A stretch of 37,315 bases of DNA, taken from positions 1 through 37,315 of the IMG/VR virus record IMGVR_UViG_3300037461_001042; one strand, given 5' to 3'. Below are positions 7,232-16,432 of the stretch, piece by piece (within the stretch, counting starts at the first letter, position 1; the number at the start of each line of letters is the position of its first letter). The notes under the pieces are model-generated. The model saw only the letters and a program-made list of their open reading frames with translations. It had not been told where the DNA came from and did no database searches. Source of the DNA: a virus. Its lineage: Duplodnaviria > Caudoviricetes. Both the position numbers and the translations under genes were made by a program.

Positions 7232-9804
7232 AAACCTATTTCAACGATAAGACGGTCAAATTTTTGTATGATCCTCAAATCAATAAATTCAGATTTCAGG
7301 TCAACCAGGTCGGCGCTCAGGCCGCATCATTGATCGAGGAAGCAGACTTCACCTATTCTGACAGCAATTCGATTTTTGTTTCGGATACTACCGGAAATGA
7401 TTCCACCGGCGCCGGGACACAGGCGAATCCGTACAAAACGATAAAGAAAGGCATCAATTCCACGACCGCAGCAAAGGGATATGTCGTTGTCCTGGATTCC
7501 GCCACATATTCCGAGTCAGATCTCGACACCGCAACGTACACAAATTTTCTCGGGCTTTATGCGGCTACGAGCGGAGCGCCATATCTTTCCCGGAGGACAC
7601 TTGATTATACTCCTTCGGACAGCAATTCAATTTTTATAAAGAAGACCGGGAGCGACGCGAACGCCGGCACACAGGCGGCGCCGGTGCTGACGATAAGCGG
7701 GGCGACGGGAGCGATATCAAAATGTACCGCGGCAAAGCAGAACATGGTCATCATGGACAGCGGGACGTATGAGGAGACCGGCTTCGAGCTCACCGGGAAC
7801 GCGATAAACATCTATGCGGCGTTGGGGATGAATCCGACGATTGAGATGACGGTCAATACGAGTAATTTTTCAATTACCGAAAATGTTTCCGAAACAACTT
7901 TTCATGATGCTGGTAGTGAATATATTAGCTCTGCTATTCTTGATAATGGTGATATATTTATTGCTTATCGTGATTCAGTGGATAGTAAAGGAAAATATAT
8001 AGTCCTGAGTTCTTCTGATTGGTCCACCGTGAAGTCGGAAACGATTTTTTATAATGCAGCACTTGGATCAATATCCGTGTCCGTTCTTAGTAATGGAAAT
8101 GTTTTTATCGCGTATATGGCAACAACCGGAAAATACATAGTCCTGAGCTCCTCTGATTGGTCTACCGTGAAGTCGGAAACAACTTTTCATGGTGGCAGCA
8201 GCACGCATATTGGTTCTGCTGTTCTTGATAGTGGAGACATATTCATTGCTTATTGTGATGCGGCTGATAGCAACAAAGGAAAATACATAGTCCTGAGCTC
8301 CTCTGATTGGTCTACCGTGAAGTCAGAAACAACTTTTCATGATCAATATTCATACTGTAATAAAGTCGGCGTTCTTGATGATGGAAATATATTCATTGCT
8401 TACCAGGATCCAGATGATAGCAACAAAGGAAAATATATAGTTCTGAGTTCTTCTGATTGGTCCACCGTGAAGTCGGAAACAACTTTTCATAATGCAGCAC
8501 TTGGAGCAATATCTGTGTCCGTTCTTAGTAATGGAAATGTTTTTATCGCGTATAATGCAACAACCGGAAAATACATAGTCCTGAGCTCCTCTGATTGGTC
8601 TACCGTGAAGTCGGAAACAACTTTTCATGGTGACAGCAGCACGTATATTGGTTCTGCTGTTCTTGATAGTGGAGACATATTCATTGCTTATTGTGATGCG
8701 GCTGATAGCAACAAAGGAAAATATTGTGTTTTGCGGCCATCTTTTAGAATAATAAAAAATTCAGTATCTTCTAAATTAGAAGGAATAATTTTTAAATCAA
8801 AAGCTGGAAATAAATATTATTGTGAGAAATTTATTGAGGGGAGTGCAAATATTTATATTAAATGGTGTACGATAGAATGTAATGAATCTACAGATAATAT
8901 TATTTTTAAAGCAATTTATTCCAACAGCGAAGTCAATCTCTACAACTGCATTATCCGCGACAATGATGCCGGAATCTACACACTGGAAAACAAGTCTGTA
9001 ATACATGACAGTCAGTTTTATAGGAACAACAAAGGCTATGCGATCGACATCGATGGTGCTGCCGCATCATCTGGCGACATCATCGTAGAACACTGCGACA
9101 TTTTCAATAATTACGGCTCCATTCATTTTGAAAACAACCATGGAACAAACGAGATCATCAAGAATAATATATTCCATGACAACGATAATGGATTTGATGC
9201 CGAGACCGCGGCGTCATTCTCGGATTCTGTTTGTACCGATACGAATATCAACGTGACGGATGGTGCCGATGTCGTGAGGATGAATCCGCTGTATATCAAC
9301 GAGGGTGCATCTGATCCTGATGATATCGACCTTGACGTCAAGGTGCGGATCGTCGGCGATTACGCTGATTCACCGGCGAAGGATTTGGCCGATGATACCA
9401 GGAATGCCGGAAGCATCAATCTACAGTATATCGGAGAGGACACATCCTGGACTGAGATCACAATCCCGAAGCCTGACAAATTCGGCCCGCCGTATATCAA
9501 GTTTCTGGCATCGTCGATAGTGAAACGTGACGGGTCCGTGTCGTCGGAGAAAAAAGGGCAGACTGAATACCTGCCGATCAAGTGGAAAGGCCTCGAAAAT
9601 ACCTACGCCGAGGACGTTCTCGACATGTGGCTTGCTGAGAGTCCGCTGGTGCGGGTGTATCCTGATCCGGTCACATATCCCGACGATTATGACCTATTTT
9701 ATAAGATATGGGATTCAAACATGTCGGAGGGCGCCGAGTTCTGGCCGCTGTCAAGGACTGGCGTAAGTGATATCGAAATCATGCTCGCCCGAGGGTATGA
9801 ATGA
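7228..9804 (+). CDS. Tail/receptor-binding protein with internal repeat (propeller-like) and beta-helix regions
   Basis: Two SDSNSIF...G.D...AGTQA.P motifs, six 46-50 aa repeats, Asn-rich beta-helix-like stretch; follows tape measure. Confidence 0.7.
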   Translation: MKTYFNDKTVKFLYDPQINKFRFQVNQVGAQAASLIEEADFTYSDSNSIFVSDTTGNDSTGAGTQANPYKTIKKGINSTTAAKGYVVVLDSATYSESDLDTATYTNFLGLYAATSGAPYLSRRTLDYTPSDSNSIFIKKTGSDANAGTQAAPVLTISGATGAISKCTAAKQNMVIMDSGTYEETGFELTGNAINIYAALGMNPTIEMTVNTSNFSITENVSETTFHDAGSEYISSAILDNGDIFIAYRDSVDSKGKYIVLSSSDWSTVKSETIFYNAALGSISVSVLSNGNVFIAYMATTGKYIVLSSSDWSTVKSETTFHGGSSTHIGSAVLDSGDIFIAYCDAADSNKGKYIVLSSSDWSTVKSETTFHDQYSYCNKVGVLDDGNIFIAYQDPDDSNKGKYIVLSSSDWSTVKSETTFHNAALGAISVSVLSNGNVFIAYNATTGKYIVLSSSDWSTVKSETTFHGDSSTYIGSAVLDSGDIFIAYCDAADSNKGKYCVLRPSFRIIKNSVSSKLEGIIFKSKAGNKYYCEKFIEGSANIYIKWCTIECNESTDNIIFKAIYSNSEVNLYNCIIRDNDAGIYTLENKSVIHDSQFYRNNKGYAIDIDGAAASSGDIIVEHCDIFNNYGSIHFENNHGTNEIIKNNIFHDNDNGFDAETAASFSDSVCTDTNINVTDGADVVRMNPLYINEGASDPDDIDLDVKVRIVGDYADSPAKDLADDTRNAGSINLQYIGEDTSWTEITIPKPDKFGPPYIKFLASSIVKRDGSVSSEKKGQTEYLPIKWKGLENTYAEDVLDMWLAESPLVRVYPDPVTYPDDYDLFYKIWDSNMSEGAEFWPLSRTGVSDIEIMLARGYE
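7891..8724 (+). repeat. Intragenic tandem repeats, 6 units of 138-150 nt
   Basis: Units start at 7891, 8038, 8176, 8326, 8476 and 8614; shared core encodes GKYIVLSSSDWSTVKSETTFH. Confidence 0.95.
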
Positions 9805-11657
9805 GCTATTCATATCTCATAAATAATACTGATATTCCTGAAAGCGATATCAAGGCAGCACCGAAGACCGATGAAAAAATCATTTTCGGAGGGAAATTCG
9901 TTATTGCTTCCGAAATCGAGATTATTCTCGATAATACGGATCCGGCGCTTTATGATCCATTCACCACCAATTCATTATTTTTCGGTGTGGCCTGGTATAA
10001 TGATACCGTTGAGATATATCAGGATGGCAATATAGTTTTCAAGGGGAAACTTAAGGATATCAGCCGGAACGATAATGATCATACGCTGACACTGAAGGCG
10101 AGCAATAATATTAAGGAATTGATCGATCAGAAGTGCGTGATTTCGTCGAGTTCGAACACGACGCCTGCGGATTTGATTTATGATATCCTGATCGCCGCGG
10201 GTATCGATGAGGATGATATTTATGACGCTACCTTTCAGACAGCGATAAATATTCAGACGACAAATACAGTGTATGCAAACTGTACATATACGAAGCAGGA
10301 TAATAAATCGTGCCTTCAGGTTATCGAGGAACTCTGTCGTATATCGAACTGCAGTTTTTATCTGAGGGACAACAAGATTTGTCTGTACCAATGGGAAGAA
10401 TACTCCGGGGCCCTGGGGTATGTAGTTCGGGCGAAGAACCTCATCGAGAAGTCATTCAAATTCGAGTCTGACGATTCGAATATCTACAACGATTATTCCA
10501 TCGCCTATGATTCCGCCGGCACGGTTGCCAGGGCGACAGGTACCGATGCTGCATCGATAACGCAATATGGTGAGAAGTCCTTTGTAGCGCCGAATGAGTC
10601 GGTCAATTCAACGGCGACGACCGCGCATAAAATCATTCTGAAAAATTCGACCGGTGCCGCCTGGATCGGGGCGCAGATTCTTTCGCGGTACAGCGATTTG
10701 ATTTATAAATGCTCGTTTTCGCTCGATAACACCGCTGGGCAGTTCGATCACATCAGGCTCGGGGACCAGCTCGATTTGCTTTTTGATTCATTTCAGCGCG
10801 AGCCGGTCCGCCTCGTCGAAATGAAACGCGATGATGATAAATTCAAAATTGATGTCTCATGCGAGTTTTTAAATCTTCCAGTTGAATTCTATTCACGAGA
10901 TACCACCGCTCCCGAGGAAGTTGAAATCATGTCAGTGTATCCTTCATCCGAAGGGGCCCTCACAGTAAAATGGACGCAATCGCCTGAATCGGATCACCTT
11001 GGATATCTGCTGTATTTCAGCGCGTCAAACGGTGAGTTTGAATCTGAATTTTCAAAACTCGGTGTGAGTCCTGTAGAATTGAAAAATCCAGATATTTCGC
11101 CCGACGGATATTGTTTTGTCGAGATCGGGGAACTCAATCCGGGAACGATATACTATTTCAAGGTGAAATCTTTCGATACCAGTTACAACGAGAGTGATTT
11201 TTCGAACACTGTATCATGCCGGGTCGCTGATTCTGTCGGATCCACGAATGATTATTGTGTAGCCGGAGACATCGGAAATGGGATAGAACTTGATTATCAA
11301 AATTTGAAGTTTGGCGAATTTCCCGATGAATTTGTGTCATACGATGAGATCAATTATGACGCCGGAACATATGGCGTCACTGCGATATTCGAAAGCGGAA
11401 TTTTTGATTTGTCGTATGGATTCGATTCTATTTCGGTGCGGGGGTTCGGCGAGGTCGATGATATTCAATTCAGTTATCGGACATCAGACGATGGTTCAAT
11501 ATTCTCGGCCTGGTCAACACCGGTCGATATCTGCAGCGGTAAAATAATACAATCACTCTCCGGAAAGAGATGTTTTCAATATCGATTTATTTTCTATTCA
11601 TCGTCATGGTGGGATTCCGATCTCGCATACGTTGATAATATCCAGGAGGCATCATAA
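9801..11657 (+). CDS. Tail hub/tip protein with fibronectin type III domain
   Basis: DTTAPEEV...LTVKWTQSPESDHLGYLLY...LNPGTIYYFKVKSFDTSYNESDFS. Confidence 0.75.
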   Translation: MSYSYLINNTDIPESDIKAAPKTDEKIIFGGKFVIASEIEIILDNTDPALYDPFTTNSLFFGVAWYNDTVEIYQDGNIVFKGKLKDISRNDNDHTLTLKASNNIKELIDQKCVISSSSNTTPADLIYDILIAAGIDEDDIYDATFQTAINIQTTNTVYANCTYTKQDNKSCLQVIEELCRISNCSFYLRDNKICLYQWEEYSGALGYVVRAKNLIEKSFKFESDDSNIYNDYSIAYDSAGTVARATGTDAASITQYGEKSFVAPNESVNSTATTAHKIILKNSTGAAWIGAQILSRYSDLIYKCSFSLDNTAGQFDHIRLGDQLDLLFDSFQREPVRLVEMKRDDDKFKIDVSCEFLNLPVEFYSRDTTAPEEVEIMSVYPSSEGALTVKWTQSPESDHLGYLLYFSASNGEFESEFSKLGVSPVELKNPDISPDGYCFVEIGELNPGTIYYFKVKSFDTSYNESDFSNTVSCRVADSVGSTNDYCVAGDIGNGIELDYQNLKFGEFPDEFVSYDEINYDAGTYGVTAIFESGIFDLSYGFDSISVRGFGEVDDIQFSYRTSDDGSIFSAWSTPVDICSGKIIQSLSGKRCFQYRFIFYSSSWWDSDLAYVDNIQEAS

Positions 11658-12559
11658 TGGCATACGCAGCACCAACCTATCTACCGGCGAAATCGTCGAG
11701 TGATCCAAACGCTTCGGCGGATGTTAATTTGCTGAATGACGCGATCGTTCAGGCGCAGGCGAATATTGATATCGTCAAGGGCGGGACCGCCGGGGTGACG
11801 CCGTTCATACCGCTCGAAACACTGAAATCATTCTTGAAATGCGTCAATGGTCTTGGAATCAGCAATAATTCAGGGGACGCGGCGAAGGATATAGATATCG
11901 CCGTCGGCGCCTGCATGGATTCAACTTTCGTGCATCTTTTGACGCTGGCGAGTGGATTGACGAAGCAGCTCGATGCAGGATGGGCGGTGGGAACGGCCGC
12001 CGGCGGCCTTGATACCGGAAGCGTCGCCGCAAGCACGACATACCACGTCTGGATCATCCGGAAAGACTCCGACGGCACTATCGATGCACTGTTTAGCCTT
12101 TCGGCAACTGCACCTACGATGCCGGCTGGGTATACCTACAAAAGGGTAATCGGATGCATAAGAACAGATTCATCGTCGAATATTCTGGCATTTTATCAGA
12201 CAGGGAACAGGTTCCGGTTTAAGGCACAGCAGGCTGACCGTGCGTATGGCGCCCTGGCGAACACAAGCAGAATCGCGGTGACAGTATCAACGCCCGAAAA
12301 TTTGACGGGAATATTCAATGTCGAAGCGGTGTATTTGACTACGGCAGCGGCACATTATCTGATTGCCCAGGCGACGACAGAAACCGACAGCGCAGCGAGC
12401 GCGACGAACAACACGCACCACGTCTATGTCAACGGAGCGAACAACAGCGTCGAAATGGAAATACTCGTCGATAACAGCAGGCAGATCGCGATCCGCGGCA
12501 CGAGCACAAGTATCAGTTGCGGGATAAGGGCATGCGGCTGGATCGATCACAGGATATGA
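11657..12559 (+). CDS. Tail fibre-like protein
   Basis: GGLDTGSVAASTTYHVWII...APTMPAGYTYKRVIG pattern seen in phage tail proteins; last gene of tail module. Confidence 0.65.
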   Translation: MAYAAPTYLPAKSSSDPNASADVNLLNDAIVQAQANIDIVKGGTAGVTPFIPLETLKSFLKCVNGLGISNNSGDAAKDIDIAVGACMDSTFVHLLTLASGLTKQLDAGWAVGTAAGGLDTGSVAASTTYHVWIIRKDSDGTIDALFSLSATAPTMPAGYTYKRVIGCIRTDSSSNILAFYQTGNRFRFKAQQADRAYGALANTSRIAVTVSTPENLTGIFNVEAVYLTTAAAHYLIAQATTETDSAASATNNTHHVYVNGANNSVEMEILVDNSRQIAIRGTSTSISCGIRACGWIDHRI

Positions 12560-12562
12560 GCA

Positions 12563-13012
12563 ATGGATGATTCAAAAATCATACTTGAATTGATAGACGA
12601 CCGTTTGCAGAAGTTTTCCGGTCATGTGGATTTGCAGACGGGAATCGTAGGGAAAGGGATAGAGTCCATCAAAGAGGATATTCATAATCTCGAGGAAAAG
12701 CTTGATGCCATGGTGGGCCGGGTCATCGGTGTTGAAAAAGATGTCGAAAGATGTTCTTGTGAGATTGCAAAGATCGTCGAAGGTGAGCGGATCAAATTTG
12801 ATCATGTGTGGGATGAGCTGAGGAACGTGCGGAAAGAGCGTCTTGAAATCTATGAAAAAGAGAAAAAGGAATTCACCGATTACATCAAGACGGTAATCAA
12901 AAATGAAATATTAACGCTGAAAGTATGGATGTTAATCCAGGGATTTGTTGTGGTTGGCGTTCTAATCGGATGGATTATTTCATTGATATCAAAAAAAATT
13001 CCGGGAGGATGA
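12563..13012 (+). CDS. Coiled-coil protein with C-terminal TM helix (lysis-module membrane protein)
   Basis: Hydrophobic VWMLIQGFVVVGVLIGWIISLI; directly upstream of endolysin. Confidence 0.55.
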   Translation: MDDSKIILELIDDRLQKFSGHVDLQTGIVGKGIESIKEDIHNLEEKLDAMVGRVIGVEKDVERCSCEIAKIVEGERIKFDHVWDELRNVRKERLEIYEKEKKEFTDYIKTVIKNEILTLKVWMLIQGFVVVGVLIGWIISLISKKIPGG

Positions 13013-13015
13013 TAA

Positions 13016-13546
13016 ATGAACATCATTATCAACACCGTTCTCAGGCAGAAGTATAAAGGCGGCCAGAGGGAACCGGAAGACATTCAGGAGATCACGATCC
13101 ATGGGACCGGCGGTGGGACGGGACAGGGGATTATCGCCTGGATGGAATCTGATTCATGTGAGAGAAAACCACTATATAAAAACGGGGTAGGGCTGTTTCC
13201 GTACCTTATCGATCGCGATGGGACCGTACACGAAATCATGCCTCCGGAGGACTGGTATTATCATTCCGAGGCCGGGTACTATGACCGGTTCAGCATCGGG
13301 GTCGAGCTGGTGAACGACCAGATTAACAACGGAGGAGAATACACTGAGGATCAATATAAATCGCTCATGCTGTTGATGCAGCTCGTCTGTGGGAAATACA
13401 GCATCAAGAGGATTACCAGTCACGATCACAACAGGGGGAAGTTTTCAGGCCTCGTCCCGAAGCCTTGCCCTGGGCCGAATTTTGACAAGGCTGCGATCGA
13501 GGCATTCAGGGATGCATACGGATATCAATGGGATATTGAGATATGA
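13016..13546 (+). CDS. Endolysin, N-acetylmuramoyl-L-alanine amidase (Amidase_2)
   Basis: ITIHGT, YLIDRDG, YHS, SIGVEL, YTEDQYKSL, ITSH, KPCPG. Confidence 0.9.
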   Translation: MNIIINTVLRQKYKGGQREPEDIQEITIHGTGGGTGQGIIAWMESDSCERKPLYKNGVGLFPYLIDRDGTVHEIMPPEDWYYHSEAGYYDRFSIGVELVNDQINNGGEYTEDQYKSLMLLMQLVCGKYSIKRITSHDHNRGKFSGLVPKPCPGPNFDKAAIEAFRDAYGYQWDIEI

Positions 13547-13701
13547 GACATAATGAGACGCAGATTAAAATCCCGTGTGAGGTGTATAGTCGCGTAGTGG
13601 GCTATATGAGGCCAGTGGCACAGTGGAATGCCGGGAAGCAGGAAGAATTTTTTGAGCGGGTATCCCTGAAAGTGCCTGATATATTAAGTGAAGCACAATG
13701 A
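13543..13701 (+). CDS. 52-aa stand-alone class III ribonucleotide reductase (NrdD) C-terminal glycyl-radical domain
   Basis: Own translation: MRHNETQIKIPCEVYSRVVGYMRPVAQWNAGKQEEFFERVSLKVPDILSEAQ; ATGA-coupled at both ends. Confidence 0.85.
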   Translation: MRHNETQIKIPCEVYSRVVGYMRPVAQWNAGKQEEFFERVSLKVPDILSEAQ

Positions 13702-13850
13702 GACATAAGACGAGGACGCAGACGATCATCTATGTGACGGTGGCAGCGGTTATGTTGACATTCACAACAATGATTTTCGCCGGGTTGCTATTGTACATTG
13801 AGTTTGAAAAATGGCTGACAAAACACAGGAGTATCGGAAATGAAAAATAA
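13698..13850 (+). CDS. 50-aa single-TM protein
   Basis: MRHKTRTQTIIYVTVAAVMLTFTTMIFAGLLLYIEFEKW...; overlaps neighbouring genes. Confidence 0.6.
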   Translation: MRHKTRTQTIIYVTVAAVMLTFTTMIFAGLLLYIEFEKWLTKHRSIGNEK

Positions 13851-14019
13851 ATCACGGTGGGACGTGCTGGCATTGTTTATTTCTTTTCTGAGGGTCAACT
13901 GGTGGAAAATAACGGTGCTCATGCTTGTCTCCGGTATTATTCTCTGCGGATTCACTGTCAAAGGAAAAAATTTTCAGTGCGAAAAGGAACCATTGAAATT
14001 GCAGGAGTTGAAAAAATGA
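13840..14019 (+). CDS. 59-aa membrane protein
   Basis: MKNKSRWDVLALFISFLRVNWWKITVLMLVSGIILCG...; RBS AGGAG; ATGA overlap with next gene. Confidence 0.6.
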   Translation: MKNKSRWDVLALFISFLRVNWWKITVLMLVSGIILCGFTVKGKNFQCEKEPLKLQELKK

Positions 14020-14270
14020 TTCGGGAAATGTTCAGTTCGGACGGCTCGGTCAGCTCGATGCGGGTATTCACCGCGGTCCTCGTGGTGACTGCTTGTTTCG
14101 TGGCGGCCTGGGGGATCGTGACCGGCCGGGATCTGACGGGCACCGCGGCCCTGGTGGGCGCGATCCTCGTGCCGGCATTGGGAGGGAAGGCGGTGCAGTC
14201 GTTTTCGGAAAACAGGGGTGTGCCTGTTCCGATGACGCAGGAAACAACACTACAGGGGTTTAAAAAATGA
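14016..14270 (+). CDS. Holin-like 2-TM protein
   Basis: MIREMFSSDGSVSSMRVF + 2 TM helices + GKAVQSFSE; start placed at the ATG after GGAG. Confidence 0.6.
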   Translation: MIREMFSSDGSVSSMRVFTAVLVVTACFVAAWGIVTGRDLTGTAALVGAILVPALGGKAVQSFSENRGVPVPMTQETTLQGFKK

Positions 14271-14560
14271 AAGGCACGATTATATCGATTATCGCGGTCC
14301 TCGCAGTCCTCGGCGGAGTCTTCTTCGCTGGGTTCTCGATATCCGGCTGTGTGCAGTATCCGAAGATCAGGGAGGATGAGACGCCGGCCTGTGCGGATTA
14401 CAAGGTGTGCATGTACTACGTCGCGGCGGGCAAGCTCACGAGCAACTGCAACGCGGAGTTTCTGCGCTGCTGCAAGGCCCGTGATTTCGACATGTGCAAG
14501 CATGAAAAAAACCGGCCGGCGGACATGAAATTCCAGGAATGCTGGGACAAATTGCAGTAA
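14267..14560 (+). CDS. Cys-rich putative lipoprotein (possible spanin-like)
   Basis: Hydrophobic signal with ISGC lipobox-like site; end of lysis module. Confidence 0.5.
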   Translation: MKGTIISIIAVLAVLGGVFFAGFSISGCVQYPKIREDETPACADYKVCMYYVAAGKLTSNCNAEFLRCCKARDFDMCKHEKNRPADMKFQECWDKLQ

Positions 14561-14572
14561 CCGGGTGAAGTT

Positions 14573-14734
14573 ATGGATCTGAAATGCAAAGAATGCGGTG
14601 TTGTGCTGCCGATCAATAATGATGACGATAACCTGGTTGTTATGGGATATTGTCTTGACTGTGGACTATATCGCGAAAAAGAAGCAGCGGATAAAATTAT
14701 CCAGGCGATAAAAGAGGCGCGGGCATTGGTTTAG
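14573..14734 (+). CDS. 53-aa zinc-ribbon protein
   Basis: MDLKCKECG...YCLDCG; converges on the integrase stop codon. Confidence 0.55.
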   Translation: MDLKCKECGVVLPINNDDDNLVVMGYCLDCGLYREKEAADKIIQAIKEARALV

Positions 14735-16326
14735 GCTGCGGCCAGCCATTCATCGACAATTGTATTGACAATCGGCTCAAAAGTTTGATACATGTCCTGT
14801 CTGACGCGCCTAACAGGAAGATGTAAAACTTTTTCTGCCGTGTCCACCAGGCGGTGATCGAGGATGTACTTGAACTCGTCCCGCCAGTGGATCCGGACCC
14901 CGCTATTGCAAACTTCGATCGATGTGGTGATGTATTTCAAGATAGCCGCTTTTCCCGCAATATCGGCATCGCCATAGATGTCCGGCATGGATTTTACCCA
15001 GTCTATGGCGGCGGATGCCCGGCAGATATAGTCGGAGCGGTCAATGCGAAGTTTTCGGCGCTGGTCTTCGAGGGCGTCGATCTGGCAGTCATAATCATCG
15101 ATATTTCTTTTCAGAAGTTGCGGGTCGATTGAACCTTTCGCATATAGTTTGACCAGGCGGTCCTTCTCGCTTTCGCATTCGGATATTCTTTTGTTGATAA
15201 CCTTCAGGACGTCCTCGTTGTCGTCGGTTTTGAGTTTGATGTTTTTTTCGAACAGGTCCTTGAGTACCTCGGCGATTTCTTCGGAGTATTTGATACGCTT
15301 CATTTCAGCGTCGAGCATTTTGACGACGCTTTCCTCGCGGATCGTATCGGTTTCCCTGCCGCCGGCGCATTTGTGGATGTAATAGACGTATTTCTGTTTC
15401 ACGGTCGTTCCGATGAGTGTCCGGCCGCAGGCGGCGCAGCGCATCATCCTGGTGAATGAATATTGGCGGTCATATTTTCTCATGCCGACGTTCTTCACCT
15501 TGAGCTGTTTGAGGCGTTCATGGAAGCGTTTCCGCGGGAAATATTCTTCGTGAGTGCCGCGGTACAGGGCCCCCTTGTGGATGAAGTCGCCGGAGTAGAA
15601 CGGATTCGTGAGGATCGCGTGCAGTTTGGAATGGTGCCAGTCGTATCCCCTGGGAGTCTTTATCCCGTGACCATTGAGCAGGTCCACCAGCTGGCGGAGC
15701 GAATACTCGCCTGAATCGAACGTATCGAAGATGAACCTGAGATGGCGCTCGGTCTTCGGGTCGATTTTGTGCCGCTGTTCCTTTTTATCATACACATATC
15801 CCCAGGTGAACCGGCTCGGGGATATCCCTTTGCTGACTTTGTATTTATAAACATTTTTCATTTTGTAGGAAAGGTCGGCGCTGAATTTTTCGGCGATCAG
15901 GATGAGTTGCTGCATCATCCAGCGTTCATCCGGCCTGGATTCGGCGTTGATGATCATGCCGCTTTCGTACAGATGGACGTGGACGCCCTCGTTCTCGATC
16001 ATCTCTTTCAGGCGCTTGAGATCGTTCGCAATGTTCCGCGATAGTCTTTCCGAGTTTTTGAATATCAGATGCTTGATGTTCAACCTGGAGGAAAGGGCGA
16101 GCATGCGCTCATAGTTTTTCCGGTCCTTCCAGGCGCTTTCGATGACGTTGAACACTTTCACGACATGCAGGTTTTTCCGCTCCGCATATTTCAGGCCGTT
16201 CGCTTCCTGGTATTCAAGGGACAGGCCGTCCTCCTGGTTGGTCGAGCTGATGCGGTCATAGAGGAACGCGGCATCTTTGCCTTGTTTCATGGCGTCGAGG
16301 ATCCCGGCGGTAATCTGTTCAATCAT
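14731..16326 (-). CDS. Large serine recombinase (integrase)
   Basis: YDRISS catalytic motif, ERLSRN, recombinase domain ILTNPFYSG, Zn ribbon CAACG, coiled coil. Confidence 0.93.
   Translation of the reverse strand: MIEQITAGILDAMKQGKDAAFLYDRISSTNQEDGLSLEYQEANGLKYAERKNLHVVKVFNVIESAWKDRKNYERMLALSSRLNIKHLIFKNSERLSRNIANDLKRLKEMIENEGVHVHLYESGMIINAESRPDERWMMQQLILIAEKFSADLSYKMKNVYKYKVSKGISPSRFTWGYVYDKKEQRHKIDPKTERHLRFIFDTFDSGEYSLRQLVDLLNGHGIKTPRGYDWHHSKLHAILTNPFYSGDFIHKGALYRGTHEEYFPRKRFHERLKQLKVKNVGMRKYDRQYSFTRMMRCAACGRTLIGTTVKQKYVYYIHKCAGGRETDTIREESVVKMLDAEMKRIKYSEEIAEVLKDLFEKNIKLKTDDNEDVLKVINKRISECESEKDRLVKLYAKGSIDPQLLKRNIDDYDCQIDALEDQRRKLRIDRSDYICRASAAIDWVKSMPDIYGDADIAGKAAILKYITTSIEVCNSGVRIHWRDEFKYILDHRLVDTAEKVLHLPVRRVRQDMYQTFEPIVNTIVDEWLAAA
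14779..14833. other. Putative attP within the integrase 3' end
   Basis: TCCTGTCTGACGCGCC (14795-14810) resembles a tRNA 3' end; imperfect inverted arms AAAAGTTT..TACAT.TCCTGT / ACAGGA..ATGTA-AAACTTTT. Confidence 0.6.
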
Positions 16327-16380
16327 GGATCATCCTGGACATTTACAAATATAAATATCAAGAAATTTTTTGTATAATTA

Positions 16381-16409
16381 TTGACTTTATTATAGTGGGG
16401 AATTATTTT
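16381..16409 (+). promoter_or_regulatory. Sigma70-like promoter
   Basis: TTGACT-N17-TATTTT upstream of the lipoprotein gene. Confidence 0.5.
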
Positions 16410-16432
16410 CAGGGTAAAGATTGGAGGATGTC

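Noticed and set aside
7891-8724. CRISPR array or DGR template/variable repeat pair
   Set aside because: Repeats are in-frame coding units whose 'spacers' are homologous to each other. Differences are not adenine-specific, and no cas or reverse transcriptase gene was seen.
14795-14810. Intact tRNA gene
   Set aside because: Only 16 nt of 3'-end similarity; no T-loop, anticodon arm or D arm upstream.
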